64,000 bases of DNA from contig MU008154.1 of assembly GCA_010909165.1 (NCBI GenBank), forward strand, positions 1 to 64,000, given 5' to 3'. Shown here in pieces: positions 42,924 to 56,100 of this stretch. Under the pieces are notes generated by a model, which worked only from the letters and a program-made list of their open reading frames with translations, made no database searches and was not told where the DNA came from. Source of the stretch: Anthoceros angustus. Taxonomy: Eukaryota; Plantae; Anthocerotophyta. The translations under genes and the position numbers were made by a program. How positions within the stretch are numbered: position 1 is the first letter of the stretch; the number at the start of each line of letters is the position of its first letter.

Positions 42924-45695
42924 ATGCTCCCTTGTGTGCTCGGGGGTGCAAGTAGGGCAGCATGATCGAGGCCACAACCGCCTCGATCGACGCAACATTT
43001 TAAAAAAAGAAGAAGATCACTAGACCACTTCCTTGGTCAAGATTGCACTAAATCCGATGTGTTTAGTATATTAGTACTTATAACGTGCTAAATAGGAGAA
43101 AAATATATTTCCTTGCTATTAAATAACAGAAAATATTCTAAGTAGTGTTACAATTTCTTCCTTTAAAAAATTAAACCATTCGGCAAAGAGACGCCCAAAA
43201 TTCTAGCTCCCTCTAATCTATTGCAAATGCAACAACATTGATGTTTGTATATCATTACTAGTGCCATATTGTCTTAGAGAAAAGAAAACAATGCTCTGAA
43301 CAAAATTTACAATCTAGGCCACGAGTACTAGTAATCGGTCCATTTAATTCGCATATTTATTGCTATCTTCCTTGCTTGAGATCCTCATCTAACTCTCAGA
43401 TCCTCACCAACTTCCCCAACCTTACCTTGGTAGTGTAGAAGAGAATGGTGGTCGGATATACAAGAAAAAACTCTTGGAGTTATAACAACAAGAAGAAATA
43501 TAACAAATTCCAACTATGTTAGCATTCTATGGCTCAATGCTTCACTATAGATGTAGACAAAAAAAATTTGGGAGCTTTCATCAATATCGTGCTTCTAGGT
43601 ATTGCCCATGCATATGATATGAGTCATGGCAACTTCATAGTCAGTACTCCAAATCAAGCTTGGATTAGAGTTGAAGCACATAAGATAGCAACTCTAGGGA
43701 AAATAGCAATTGGGCTACAAGGCAGAGACATGTACTAGTCCATGTAGATATTGATGTTGGGCGAGGTGACATGATGATGGCAGAAACTCTAGTAATCACT
43801 TCTATCAAGCAACCTATAATACTAGAAAATGGTCTACCTATCAATCTGATGGCTTTAGTTTAATATTATGGTTATTTGATTCAAAATACGAATTTTGTTG
43901 TATAAAAAAAATTGATGAAGCATCTCAAGAATTACAATTAGAACAAAAATTATTTGTCTTATTATATTAGAAGTAATGTACTTTTGCTACAACCCATTCA
44001 ATTCCTGTTTCACATTGGTTTTGCCTACCTACCTGTACGTAGGTTTGAGTACAAAAGCGCCAGGTGATAGGAGGAATCAAAGGCTAATATTAAGACTGCA
44101 GAGGCACCAGCAAGCTCCAATCCTTCTTTCTATCCATTATTTAGCTTTACTAGTTGTGTAGGAGTAAGGGTGAGACCTACATTCTATGTTAACGAGACGA
44201 CATAGATTTGCAATGTGTAAACATGCCGAGAATCACAAGCTCCAGTTGTGGGGACTTTGCAGGGAGCATCCATTCACTTGACCAAAATACTATACCTGAA
44301 GAAACTACACACCTTCAGGTTGTATGAATCAATTGCGCATTTTGAAGTCATCTTGTGGACTTGCAGTGCCGGGAATTGACATTGCAAATCTATAAGCAGG
44401 AGCACAGCTTATGCAGCAGAAGGAAATGGAGTTAAAGTGGGAGAAATAGGCGCAGCATAGGAAAATGGGGTAAGGGCAATGGCTCGAGCTCCAAAGACTG
44501 GAGCTCGACCGATAGGAAAGGTTCAGGCTCAATGAGGAGAGGCTCATGAAAAAGAATGTGAAGCTCGAGTAGAGCAAGCTCTATCGTGAACAAAATGTTG
44601 GAATTAACTAAGGCCTGTTGGTATGCTCATGTTGCTTCGTAGCCCCTGCTGCATCAGTGGCCCAGTGGGCCACCAAGCAAGCAAGTTTTGTTTTTTTGGC
44701 TTATGTATTTGTAAACCTTTGTGTGTGCATTTTGAACATCTTCCTCTGCAATGGTGCAATAACATGTGGGTTGATTGCATTGGAATTGATTTTGTGTTCG
44801 TGAAAGGTCAAAAGGCTTAAGTTCACCATGCTATCATTATTGGACCTGACCTTCTAGATTCAATTCAAGCTACATCCTCAATCGAGAAGGTTAGTCAAGT
44901 TCTCACCAAACATGTTGTTGGATTTTTACATGTATATTCTATATAGATATGTAATAACTAAAAAATTTCATACATCACACCATGTTTTGAGTCGATTTCG
45001 GCCAATATCTTGCTTATAGGGTCACTCACTTAGATACACTAAAATAATATATCTATCATGATACTGAAACTAACATGCTTAGACAGCCAACTCAAGCACG
45101 AGTTTAGGTTGTCATATTGTTATGAATGAGTGTTTAGAGAATAGTAGCTACCGTGTAACACTTACCGATCTTCTCTTTAACCAAATGCACCCTGTGAATC
45201 AAGCTCATCAAGTCTTGGCATTTCACCGAGCACCACACGTAACACATCCAACCTTGAATGTTGATTCAACAATGTATGGAAGCCTTCCAACCAGGCTAAG
45301 AGTCTCAGCGACGACAATGTCGCATTTCCTTGCTCACAATTTTACCCTAAGATTTGCTAGAGCTAGCCCCTACCCTGTTAGGGTGTACTATATAGCGATT
45401 GCCTCTGCAATTGCCATTACTCACATTTGTAGTCCACTAGGCTGTCGCTGGCGTTGGCACACTTCTTGGCGTGGCCATAACGTAAGCGCCACAAGCATGG
45501 CCACTTGAGATAACGAGTACGGGCAATAAATCTATCTCTCTCATAAGACATAATTATGCATCTATAGATAGTCCATCCACATGACATAAGCTATCACATA
45601 ATCATCATGACAACATCTTTTTGGCGCGGCCGTTAATTGCTTTTATGGTTTATCTTTCCCAGTTTCACCCTTCGTTTGAGCTCTACCACTTTGCG

Positions 45696-46354
45696 ATAAT
45701 TCTTCTTATTCTTCAGTGAGGATACAAGTGCAATTCCACTTAAATAAGAGAAATACAATTCGATTACTCAGTTAGTGCGCATAAGATTTTTCTGTTCAGT
45801 GATGGCTCATTGTGAAGTAGCACAACAGTCTTTGTTGGAGGTCCACCGGTATGTGATAATTCTTCTTATTTTTCGATAAAGATATGTATATAATTTCCCC
45901 CCAAAAAGAGGACAATTCGATTACTCAGTGAGTGCGTATAAGATTTATCTGTTTAGTAAAGACTCTTTGTGAAGTAGCACAACTAACTATCAGTCGTGAG
46001 GTGCGATGCATTAAGCAGCCTGCCTGTAGTATTCAGCCTATAGCTAACATGCAGTTAACAAGGGTGAGTGCTTAGGGGCGCGATAGTTTGCCAGGTGCGA
46101 TACGATATAGTGTATACATATTTTCATTTTTCAGCATTCAGCTTATAGCTAACATGATGTGTGTGGACTATTTCTAGTATAAGCTAAAGATGGTAAGATT
46201 CAACCTTGATGTGGCCCATGAGCATCCTTAAGGTGCGAACTTATTTTCATTTTTCAGTATTCAACCTATAGCTAAAATGATGTGTCTAGACTATTTCTGG
46301 TATAAGCTTAAGATGGTAAGATTCAACCTTGATGTGGCCCATGAGCATCCTTAA
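45696..46354. repeat. Two old short tandem duplications (about 160-bp and about 123-bp period) in AT-rich intergenic DNA
   Basis: GATAATTCTTCTTATT...GTGAAGTAGCACAAC at about 45696 and 45856. TATTTTCATTTTTCAG...GAGCATCCTTAA at about 46119 and 46242. Copies differ by substitutions. Confidence 0.8.
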
Positions 46355-47198
46355 TTTGGAAGGCGTAACCTTGGATAGAACCGAACTTACTACTTTACAA
46401 TTGTCGATGAAAGGGAATAGATGTCCGAACACAATGCTACAACATAGATAATCTCGAGGTGCATAGTTCGACTCGACCTCCTATGGTGTTCCAAGGTTCT
46501 CAATATTGCTGCACCTTCCAAGATGCAGACTTCCCTTCAATATTCAGCAAATTAGAGATCACTATGTTAATGAATCAAAAAACTGAAAAGGTCTCCTATT
46601 GACTGTAATTTATGAATCTGATTGTTTTTCAAGACGTTTACTATTGGAATCAATAAATCTATAATCCTATCAAATGTTTGGAAAGAACCTAAAGAATCTT
46701 CTAAAATTTAAACCTCAATTTTCATCTCTTTGATTTTTCTTAGACGTGATTTTATAATATTTTGCTTCTTCATATCTTCCTTCTTACCTACCTAAATAAC
46801 CCAAGTAGGTGTCGTCAATTCGCAGAAAAACGAAGTAGGTGTCTCGTGCCAGTGTGGAGCAAAATGTCCAGCCTTGCTAAGATGCTCATCAGCATCGAGC
46901 CGCTGGGGTAGCACATGCTATATGTCCATCCCCAAAGAAAGCAGTCTTTCGTCGGAAGCAAATGGAACGCAGAAACAACGGAGCAGAGTACCGTATGGGC
47001 ACCCAAAGCGGTGGAGTGCATATAACGTGATTGAGGGCCCGTCCACTGGTGTCTGGAGCGACTGCCGGTTCACTCCACAATTCCCGAAACTCGCTTGGAA
47101 CTGAAGGTGTTCGTAGTCGTCCTTCACAGCATGGGGACCGAGCAGTGTGCTGTCGTGATCTTTGTCCTTGCCCTACTCAGTGGATGTTCATCACTTGC

Positions 47199-50100
47199 TC
47201 AGTATAGAGTGAAATAATACAAGTATGTGTAGCATGTCGTAACGAACATCACCACCAAAGTCGGAAGCATGGAGAGGTTGGTAAGGTTTTGCACAGGACT
47301 TAACCCTCCCACAAGCGTGATTGTGGCGTTGGCCACAACACGAGCCAGTGTTCCAGCTTCAGTTGATAGGAATCCACAGTTGAATATGCCCCGGGCCATC
47401 CGGGCCGACATCACCTTGGACAAGAGCGACATTGTAACACCTGAGAGAGCGAGACATCAATAACTGCTGAGCGGTTGTGTTCGGCAATTGATCCTGACAA
47501 CGCGGGCTATGCGTGGTAACCGGATCAAGAGTAACTACGTCATTTGCAAAAGGAAACGAAACAGTTGCGAGAAGAGGTAGGTTGAAAGACTGCAGGCATG
47601 AACCTTCAAGCACATTGGTGGAAACAAAAATGACAACGGCAGCGGCCACGTATTGGAACGAGGTGTACGGGAACCAGATATTGTAGGAGAAGATCCCGAG
47701 CACCCCGACGGCAGTTATAATCTCCGCCCACAGAATGACAAGCCTGACGAGCAAAAGGTGAGGGAGCCAAGTAGGTTAGCAAGGTCTGGGCAATGAAATC
47801 TACAGGGTTATGAAATCTCGTTTTGAGGACATACCGGTCTTCGGAGATGTTGCTGATGAAGTTTCCGACAACCGCACTCATGGGGAGCACCGTGAATCCG
47901 AGCAACCCCAGAAATATACCCACCTGACCAGGGAATGAGATGAGAAACCCCGTCTCAGGCTGCCGGAAGTCAACATAATGTGCATAGGCAGATACGAGGC
48001 TGGCATACCTGGTACGCGTCCCAGTGGAAGTAGAAGGACGTTGTCACGCTGGATTCAGAAACCAACATTTCTGATGCAAATTTCAAGGCAAAATAAATCC
48101 ACAAGAGCAGTTTGACAGGAACAGTTAGCTCTTGAAACAATTCCCGAAGAGTCTCAACAGAGAGCTTTTGATGTCCGGCTTTCGGATCATGCTCCTTTCC
48201 TCCGTCCTCCTCTTCACCAGAATCTGTTGAAAAGTGCGGTAAGGACTTGGATTTGGCCAGAAGAGGGGCGTTCAAATGATCAGCCTCAGTAATAATCCGT
48301 TCGGAGACAGTTCTTGCCAGTGGTGCCTCCTCGGTGGTCAGAACTGGGGGCTCTGTGAAACAGCAAAACAGGAGGAGTAGGTACAAGGCCCATAGAACCG
48401 CCAACAGCCAGCCTGGAGCCGTGATGTTGTTTACTGGAGCACCCCATATCTGCAACCATGTGTGTAGGTGATCAGCAAAAAACAGCAGTAGTGGATCCCG
48501 GCATGTGCAAGTGTTATGGAAAGTGTGGCCACCTCAAAGTCCACAAAGTCGAACAGACCAGCCAGAGCTGGTCCAATGGCCATCCCAAGGGCACTTGCAC
48601 TCACGAAGGCTGCAGATGCTTGTGTTCGTTCTTTAACTGGTACATGATCGGCAATGTACCTTCGATTCAACGCCCTTGCTCCTCCCAACCTGCACGTGGG
48701 CAAGGAAGTTATGAGACAAAACTACTATGCTAGCCAAGGTCATGTGCATGACAGACACGAGTACACCTACCCACAGAGTGCCCGCCCTATGAGCAGAAGC
48801 CACACCGAGTTGAAGTTGAGAGCTAGAGCATACAGTAAGTTCCCGGCTACCAGAATGATGGTGCTCAGAACGAGAGGTGCCTTGTAGGAAAAGTTGGACC
48901 ACCAACTGTAGACGAAAGCTGAAACGAGTGCTGTGAAAGGCATAGACCCAATTATAACCCCACACAATGTAGGGGGTGCATCCAACCGTTCCGCATAGTC
49001 GTCAGATGTTGGCACAATAATATAATAGTTCACCTGATTGGAACATTCTTGAGTAAGCAAAAACTTTGATGACAGTTCATGGGCACTCTCACCAACATTA
49101 CCATATCAGCCGGTCAGAGGAAGTCGTACCATGTAGAGAAAGGTGTTGAATAGGTTAAGGTACATGGACCAAGGATGTCCTTCTTCAAACGCAGCTCCTG
49201 GCAGAGCGTCTTGAGGGGCAGGTAGCAGTAACTCATTTGCAACAAAAGAGGTGAAGCTGACTTCTTTGGTAAGCTTCTGCCTGGCTACTTCAATTGCCTG
49301 CGATTGTTACGAGATGATAAAACACTCAGGTCCAAACCTGCAGAAACTGATGGGAAGTGACGACAGGACTTGTAGAATGTCCAACCTGTATAATAGGCTC
49401 CTGCTCGACGACTTTCGCAGGGAGAGCAGGATGACGGAAAAATGACGAGGATGTAATGGTGCCTTTGGCTCCTAACTCAGCAAGATTTTGAGAGATCGTT
49501 GCTACCATGGCTTCGATTCCCTGCAATATTCAACGGTGGACATCAACGGTGTTGAGGAAAACGAAAGATGCGGTGCCAGTGTGCTTGGAACAAGACTGGA
49601 GGTGCTTGGAATTCTTACCACTTGGCGAAATATCTGATTGAGCTGGGAGTAGGGATGGTTAGCTCGAGATGAGATGTAGTGATCCCGGAAAACACAGGAT
49701 ACACGCTTCTCGAATTTCTTGAGGATCTTCCTCAGTCCCGTGGTGTTTAACTCTAAGAACTGAAGAAGCCTCAGCAATTCGAGGCCCACCTTCCTGAGCC
49801 GGGCCAAGCAATAGGTGTGGGAAAGTGCCTTCCTTGGGGCCCCCAAGATGCTGTGAGGGAAGAATGCTGGGAGGATGGACCTACCTGTACTGCTCCATGA
49901 GCTGTGCGGACGAGAGAGCATTCTCCACATCCGCGCCTGGCGTGCTGTCACGAATCTCACGCAGTCTCTGGAGTTCTTCAGCAAGGAGACCCTGCCTTTC
50001 AATCAGGAAAAGGACAATTTTCTCCACCTGAGAGTCGAGGAGGAGTGGGAGGTTAGTGGAGGCAGAGGAAGATTTCAAACATGATTGCTTCTGCTGCTGA

Positions 50101-50435
50101 GAATCGCTCCCTGCTTTGCTCGCTCGACTCACATGATAGTCCAGAAGATCTGAGAAAGACTTTTTCATCTCCTGCCTTTCACGCTCAGAAGCCGACGGGG
50201 CACGAGCCGCGAAGTCATTAATCCTCTTCTTCAGTGCCTTGTAGCCGATGTAATACCTGCCCAGAGCGGCCTGAGCTCGTCATCACCTGCTCATGCATGC
50301 ATGACTGGCAATCGAAATGGAAGCGGAGCGAGGGAAAAAAACATGAATTTTCAGCGGCCAGCGAGTGCAACTCACTACTCACTTTTCCCAGCCAGGAATC
50401 CGGTTAGCCCGCATGAAATGGCCGAACCGCACCAT
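47199..50435 (-). CDS. PHT5: SPX-MFS vacuolar phosphate transporter (PHT5/VPT family), multi-exon
   Basis: N-terminal SPX: [17 protein letters not shown]|[12 protein letters not shown] and [22 protein letters not shown] segments: [79 protein letters not shown]. Confidence 0.95.
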
Positions 50436-53190
50436 CTTTCCCTATGTCTGTGAGAGCTGAAAGTATGGGCGAGCAACGCAAACAAGCGAGCAAGCCTGCA
50501 GAAATTGCACCACCCCGGGCAGTTCAATTTGTGGGTTGTCTCGAAATTCTCCACACTGCCCACTGCCTTGAAAACAAGGATCTCTGGCAGTGTGGGGTGC
50601 CGGTGCCCATGAACTTCCTGCTGCTCCTGGAGCACGACACTTACCTGGGCCACATAATATGGTGCAGAAGGCGGACGGCGATGGTGGAATTAGGTTGACA
50701 GGGACAGTGTCGTGGATCTGCGACACAATGCAGAATTGTGTGAAGCAAGGAGCTGCATCAAACCGAGCGACTGGGCCGAAATTTCAGCCTGAATCTGGCC
50801 GGTGACTCAAGAGACAACGCCACCAGAAGAAACCGAAAGGGCAGCAGCAGATCTATGCAACCTGTAGGACTGCCAAGACTGTTGGTCCCCGGAAGTCCGA
50901 ATCTACCTGATGGGCTCAGCCCGAATCGTGCAGGCGGCGGCCTCCCTGAGCGATTCGCTGAAATCCTGAAGGTGCAGCTAGGCCTGAGGCTCAAGCGTGC
51001 AGTCGCAGGTGGAAGGCGAGGTTGAACCTCCCGGCTGGGCGGGAGGTCCTTTTATACCGCACTAGGCACTGGGCGGAGCGGCTGCAGTGAGCGCCTCCCG
51101 AGGCCTGTGCGGTGGGTGGTAAAAATAGCAGAGGCGGAGGCGGATCCGGAGGACTAGAGTCTTGAGAGAATGGGAAGGCGTCGGAAACGTTCCGGGAAGC
51201 TCACCGACAACAGGCAGCTGCTGCGGTGCAAGCGCTAGCGGCAGGCCCAGGCCCCTCTGGAGAAGTTGTGAGACAAGTGTGCGTGGGTGTGGGAAGTGGT
51301 GCAATCAGGCCAGTGAGACGGGAAAAGGAAATCGGGCAGCAGCAGCACACTCGCGATCGGCAGGCGCAGGCAAAGCGGTGTCCATGGCCGAGGCCGAGGC
51401 CCGGGCGCAGAGACATGCGCCATGGGTGGGCACTCCCAGTCGCACTCGCAATCGCACCTCAATTCTGTAGGCAACAGTGGCGTGGAAAAGTTGATGGCAG
51501 TTTAGCTAGGCAGAGGCAGCCAAGCCAGTGCTGCAGTCAGCGTGCACATTTCACTGCTCGGGGACCACAAACTCGACTCTCGAGGAGCAAAGAGAGGCAG
51601 CTAGCTGTTGTCGGCCCGGGGACCACACGACAGGACGGGACGTTGGACAAGGAAGAGGCAGCAAGGCCATTGCAAGTAGTCTGGGCTCCAAGACATGGAA
51701 CCTTCTCTTCACGCTCCAGTCCGAGTCCGGACGCCCAGGATGCGATCCAGAGCAAGTCACAACCCCAAGACTGGAGCGGGCTCGGCCGGGGGTGGAATGG
51801 AGGAGAAGAGAAGCAGCAGTCTCCTCCCCGGCGGCCGGCTCAGGGCACTGGGCATTGGCCAGGATCCAGGCTACATGGATATGTTGATTCCCAACTTCCG
51901 TTTATTGCACGGGTAGCGACTAGAGCAGGGACTGGACCTGGACCTGGCTTGAGGTGGCCCGGCCAATCACGAGTCACGTGTCCTCATTCATCAACATAAT
52001 GTTGCATGGAATGGATTTTTTTACATTCTATTCCTCCCGAGGCTGGCCACCAGTGCTTTTCTTACTAGTCCTCTCCACCAATCCTCTACATCTTTTCGTA
52101 CACTCCGTGAGGTGAGACTTACGCCACTGCAATCTTCGCACGCTGCTTGCAAATTTTGAAGCCATTGCCTCAGCCGGACAAGTGTGCGTCTCCTCGTTGC
52201 AACACCGACCTGCAACGCCATGTCCAGACAGCGTTTGAGGAACCGCTTCCGTTTCTGTGAATCGCCCACAAACATGCACCAACAGGTTTGTAAGGGCACG
52301 CCAGTTGCCTAGAGCGAGGCCTCGAAGCGCGCGAGACCTTCTTTCAGACTCCCGGCCCGGACCCCACTTCGTCTGTCCCGACCCCCTTTTAGCACACCCG
52401 TTTGTTTTGCCTGGAAAGCCCAGCCCGGCCCTTGCTTTGCTGCTTCCTTTCCCAGACTGCCTTCCGCAACATGGTTGGCCGACCAGGCCAGGGTGGGCCT
52501 CCCCCTTGACGCACGCACCGCAAAGGCTGCCAGCCACGCTGGCACCGCTACCAGTCTGCAACCACCGATACGGTATCCTCCGCAGTACATTCCCATCCTT
52601 CCTCCCAAACTAGCAGATTCAGAATCGCAGCCTTCGGAGCATATTCATTTGGATGCTTTTATTCTCAACACCTGCTCCTGGCCACGTCGGCACTTGCACC
52701 GCTGTCCCTGCCTGCTTGTTGGACTGCTGCTGGACGGGCTTGCACTTGCACGGACTCGCTTCCCACAGTCTGGATCTGGCAAAAAGGCAGGCCCTGCCTT
52801 GGGGGGCGGAAGGGTCCTGGGGTGCCCCTTCGTCGTCCTCCTCCTTACTCGAGCCCCGGGCCCATGCGTCGTCTGCACTAGGGACAACTGCCCGTCTCTC
52901 TGCCGCCCGTCGGCCCGAAACTTCGCCACTTGCAGACACCCGCTACAATTTACAATGGTATCCGACAATGCGGAGAAACGACGGAGCCATCAGCTGACAA
53001 ATCCTGCAACTAGTAGCTCTGGAAGGGAAGGGATGAATCATAAGTCATAACAATCTACATTGCGACAGTCATAATCATCTACCTATATTGCAAAAGTCAT
53101 GACAATGTACATTACAGGGACTGGAATCAGTGATCTGAACAAATTTACATTCCACTTTCTGCCTGCAGTCTGTACTCTGTACGCACGAGT

Positions 53191-56100
53191 TCACGAATAC
53201 TGGCCACGGATGTCAGCATCCAGGAAAAAATACAGAGCCGTGCTCGCCGCCCACACATCATCGCCAAGCACATTTTCAGCGGGCGAATGGCTGAATCCCC
53301 CCTCGCACCGTACAAACAGCATGCCAACCTGCGTTGCAAACTTACAGGAGGTCAGCAAGATGTAGGCCGCCAAAATCTGCTCTGTCCGATACTCTTTTCC
53401 AACTGTCACTTCCTTCACAGCAGAAAAACCGAACCTGGGTCACACTCGCCAAGGCCATTGCATCGTGGCCTGCTCCACTTGACAGCAAAGGTAAGCTGAC
53501 CTCCTCTTCCTCCGACAAAGTGCTCCTAAAAGCAGGAATCTCCTGGAGCGCCAAGGTACCTCCTGCTTGTAAACGCTTCATCAGATCAAGGGAGGACTTG
53601 ATGGACCCTGCCTGGTGCTGCAATTATGCACAAATACCACCCGTCAACCTTCGCTTACATTCACCTACACCTGCAGCCTGGTCACCAACATGAATCCAGA
53701 TACAACAAAATTCACCCTCAATTCGGCACTTAAATGGATTCTGGGATACCTTTCGCTCAACTTCACAAGAGACAGCCCGTTCTTTGCAGATTTCCTGGAT
53801 AGTGCGTTCAATGTCAAACACAGCAACCTCACGAACAATGTCATCTTTGGCACGGATATCAACTGTGAACACGACCTGCCATTTGCAACACCAGGAAAAT
53901 AACTTAGATAAGTCAGCTAAACAACTTTTGTTTCTGGCAAGCAACTTAGCATTTCAGGGAGAGACGAAGATGCTCAAAACTCTTATCCCACCTCTCCTGG
54001 AATGACATTACTAGCCCCAGGCCAGGTTGCAATCTCTCCAACTGTGCAAACGAGCGAACGGCCATTTGGTTCTTGAGGAGGAACATCATCCAACCCGTCG
54101 GCCTTCTTGCAGATCTGTTCAATGGCTACGATTCCTTGCGCAGCTGCAGGCATTGGATCCCTCCGCATTCTCATAGGCACAGTGCCTGCATGCCCCTGCG
54201 TTCCTTTGACCTTAACCTGCCAAGCGCCACCACTCGGAAACTGGCCCATACAAGATGGAAGGAAAAACTACGGTTACAGAGATACAAGGCCCTTACACTC
54301 AATCTAGTTTGGCCCGAAATTGCTTCCACAACTCCCAAAGGAAGGCTACGTGCCTCAAGGATTGGACCTTGCTCAATATGTACCTACTCAACCACCACAA
54401 TGTTAGTTATGCTTTTCTTGCAGGCTGGGCAAAAGACTTCCATCCAAACCCAATCATCCTGAACCCCTCTCATTTTCAACATCATACCTCTATGTATCCC
54501 CAGACAGCGGCCGCATCATATTTCAGCCTTGATATGCTGTCTTCTGTACCCGGTAATGCTGCAGAAACCAAAGCCTCCCTAAGCTTTACACCTCTACATG
54601 ACAGAGTAGTGCAACTGATCAAAACCTAAATGAAGAGTAGCCTGCAAATGATAACTCACCAACAGAAACTGCGCCAAACAGCACCTCTGGTGCCTGAAAC
54701 AATACGAAGTAGAGGTGACCCTACCGTCCGTCTTTCACATTCAAAAGTTCTGGTTTGAAGGTTCCAGCGATAGCTGCGCTCCCCAGGAAAGTAGATTGAA
54801 ACCGGACACCCTCTTCATCGCTGAATGCAATTATCTGAGAAACAACGGACATTATGTTAACTACTAGTCACATCCGGGGGCAGCGTAAAAGATAACGCTT
54901 TGGTTTGAGGTGAGCGCTGGCTATCAGAAGCTGCCTTGTGATGAAACTTGGAAGGAGGACTACGAGGGCAGGAACTAAAGGGAAGCCAAACCTCAATAGG
55001 TCGTGGGTACTTCTGTAGTTTCCCGCCTTCAGAAAAAGCTTTCACTGCAGCTATGGCACATACTATCCCAAGAGCGCCATCGTACCGGCCTGCATCAACA
55101 ACCGTGTCCTGTGCCAAACCACTAGCTCAGGTGCCTCCCTTTCAAAAAGGACGCGAATGATGTCAAGCTAAGGACCTACAAAACGCAGCTTACCAGGTGG
55201 GACCCTAGAAGAAGTGCCGGGGCCGAAGCATTTCCGCCATTTGTCCGACCATGGACATTTCCGATGTCATCTATCCATCTGCGACAATCAGAAATCACAA
55301 TCTGAAATCCTTAAATGCATCAAAATATTTGGTGCAACTAGAAAAATAATAACGGAGAGGTGGACGGCACTCACGTTACGAGACCAGCGTCGCGCATCCA
55401 TCCTGCAACAAGTTGAGCTGCCCTCAGCGATGCTGGACTTAAAAGTCCGCTCTAGAAAATTCGGAGAGTCGCTCACCACAATGTTAGTTATGCTTTTCTT
55501 GCAGGCTGGGCAAAGACTTCCATCCAAACCCAATCATCCTGAACCCTCTCATTTTCAACATCATACCTCTATGTATCCCCAGACAGCGGCCGCATCATAT
55601 TTCAGCCTTGATATGCTGTCTTCTGTACCCGGTAATGCTGCAGAAACCAAAGCCTCCCTAAGCTTTACACCTCTACATGACAGAGAAAAACTGATCAAAA
55701 CCTAAATGAAGAGTAGCCTGCAAATGATAACTCACCAACAGAAACTGCCAAACAGCACCTCTGGTGCCTGAAACAATACGAAGTAGAGGTGACCCTACCG
55801 TCCGTCTTTCACATTCAAAGTTCTGGTTTGAAGGTTCCAGCGATAGCTGCGCTCCCCAGGAAAGTAGATTGAAACCGGACACCCTCTTCATCGCTGAATG
55901 CAATTATCTGAGAAACAACGGACATTATGTTAACTACTAGTCACATCCGGGGCAGCGTAAAGATAACGCTTTGGTTTGAGGTGAGCGCTGGCTATCAGAA
56001 GCTGCCTTGTGATGAAACTTGGAAGGAGGACTACGAGGGCAGGAACTAAAGGGAAGCCAAACCTCAATAGGTCGTGGGTACTTCTGTAGTTTCCCGCCTT

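Noticed and set aside
43500-44600. Possible LINE reverse-transcriptase remnant (IVLLGIAHAYD..SW) and a coiled-coil fragment at about 44400
   Set aside because: Only a short, degenerate resemblance with many stops; not enough to call.
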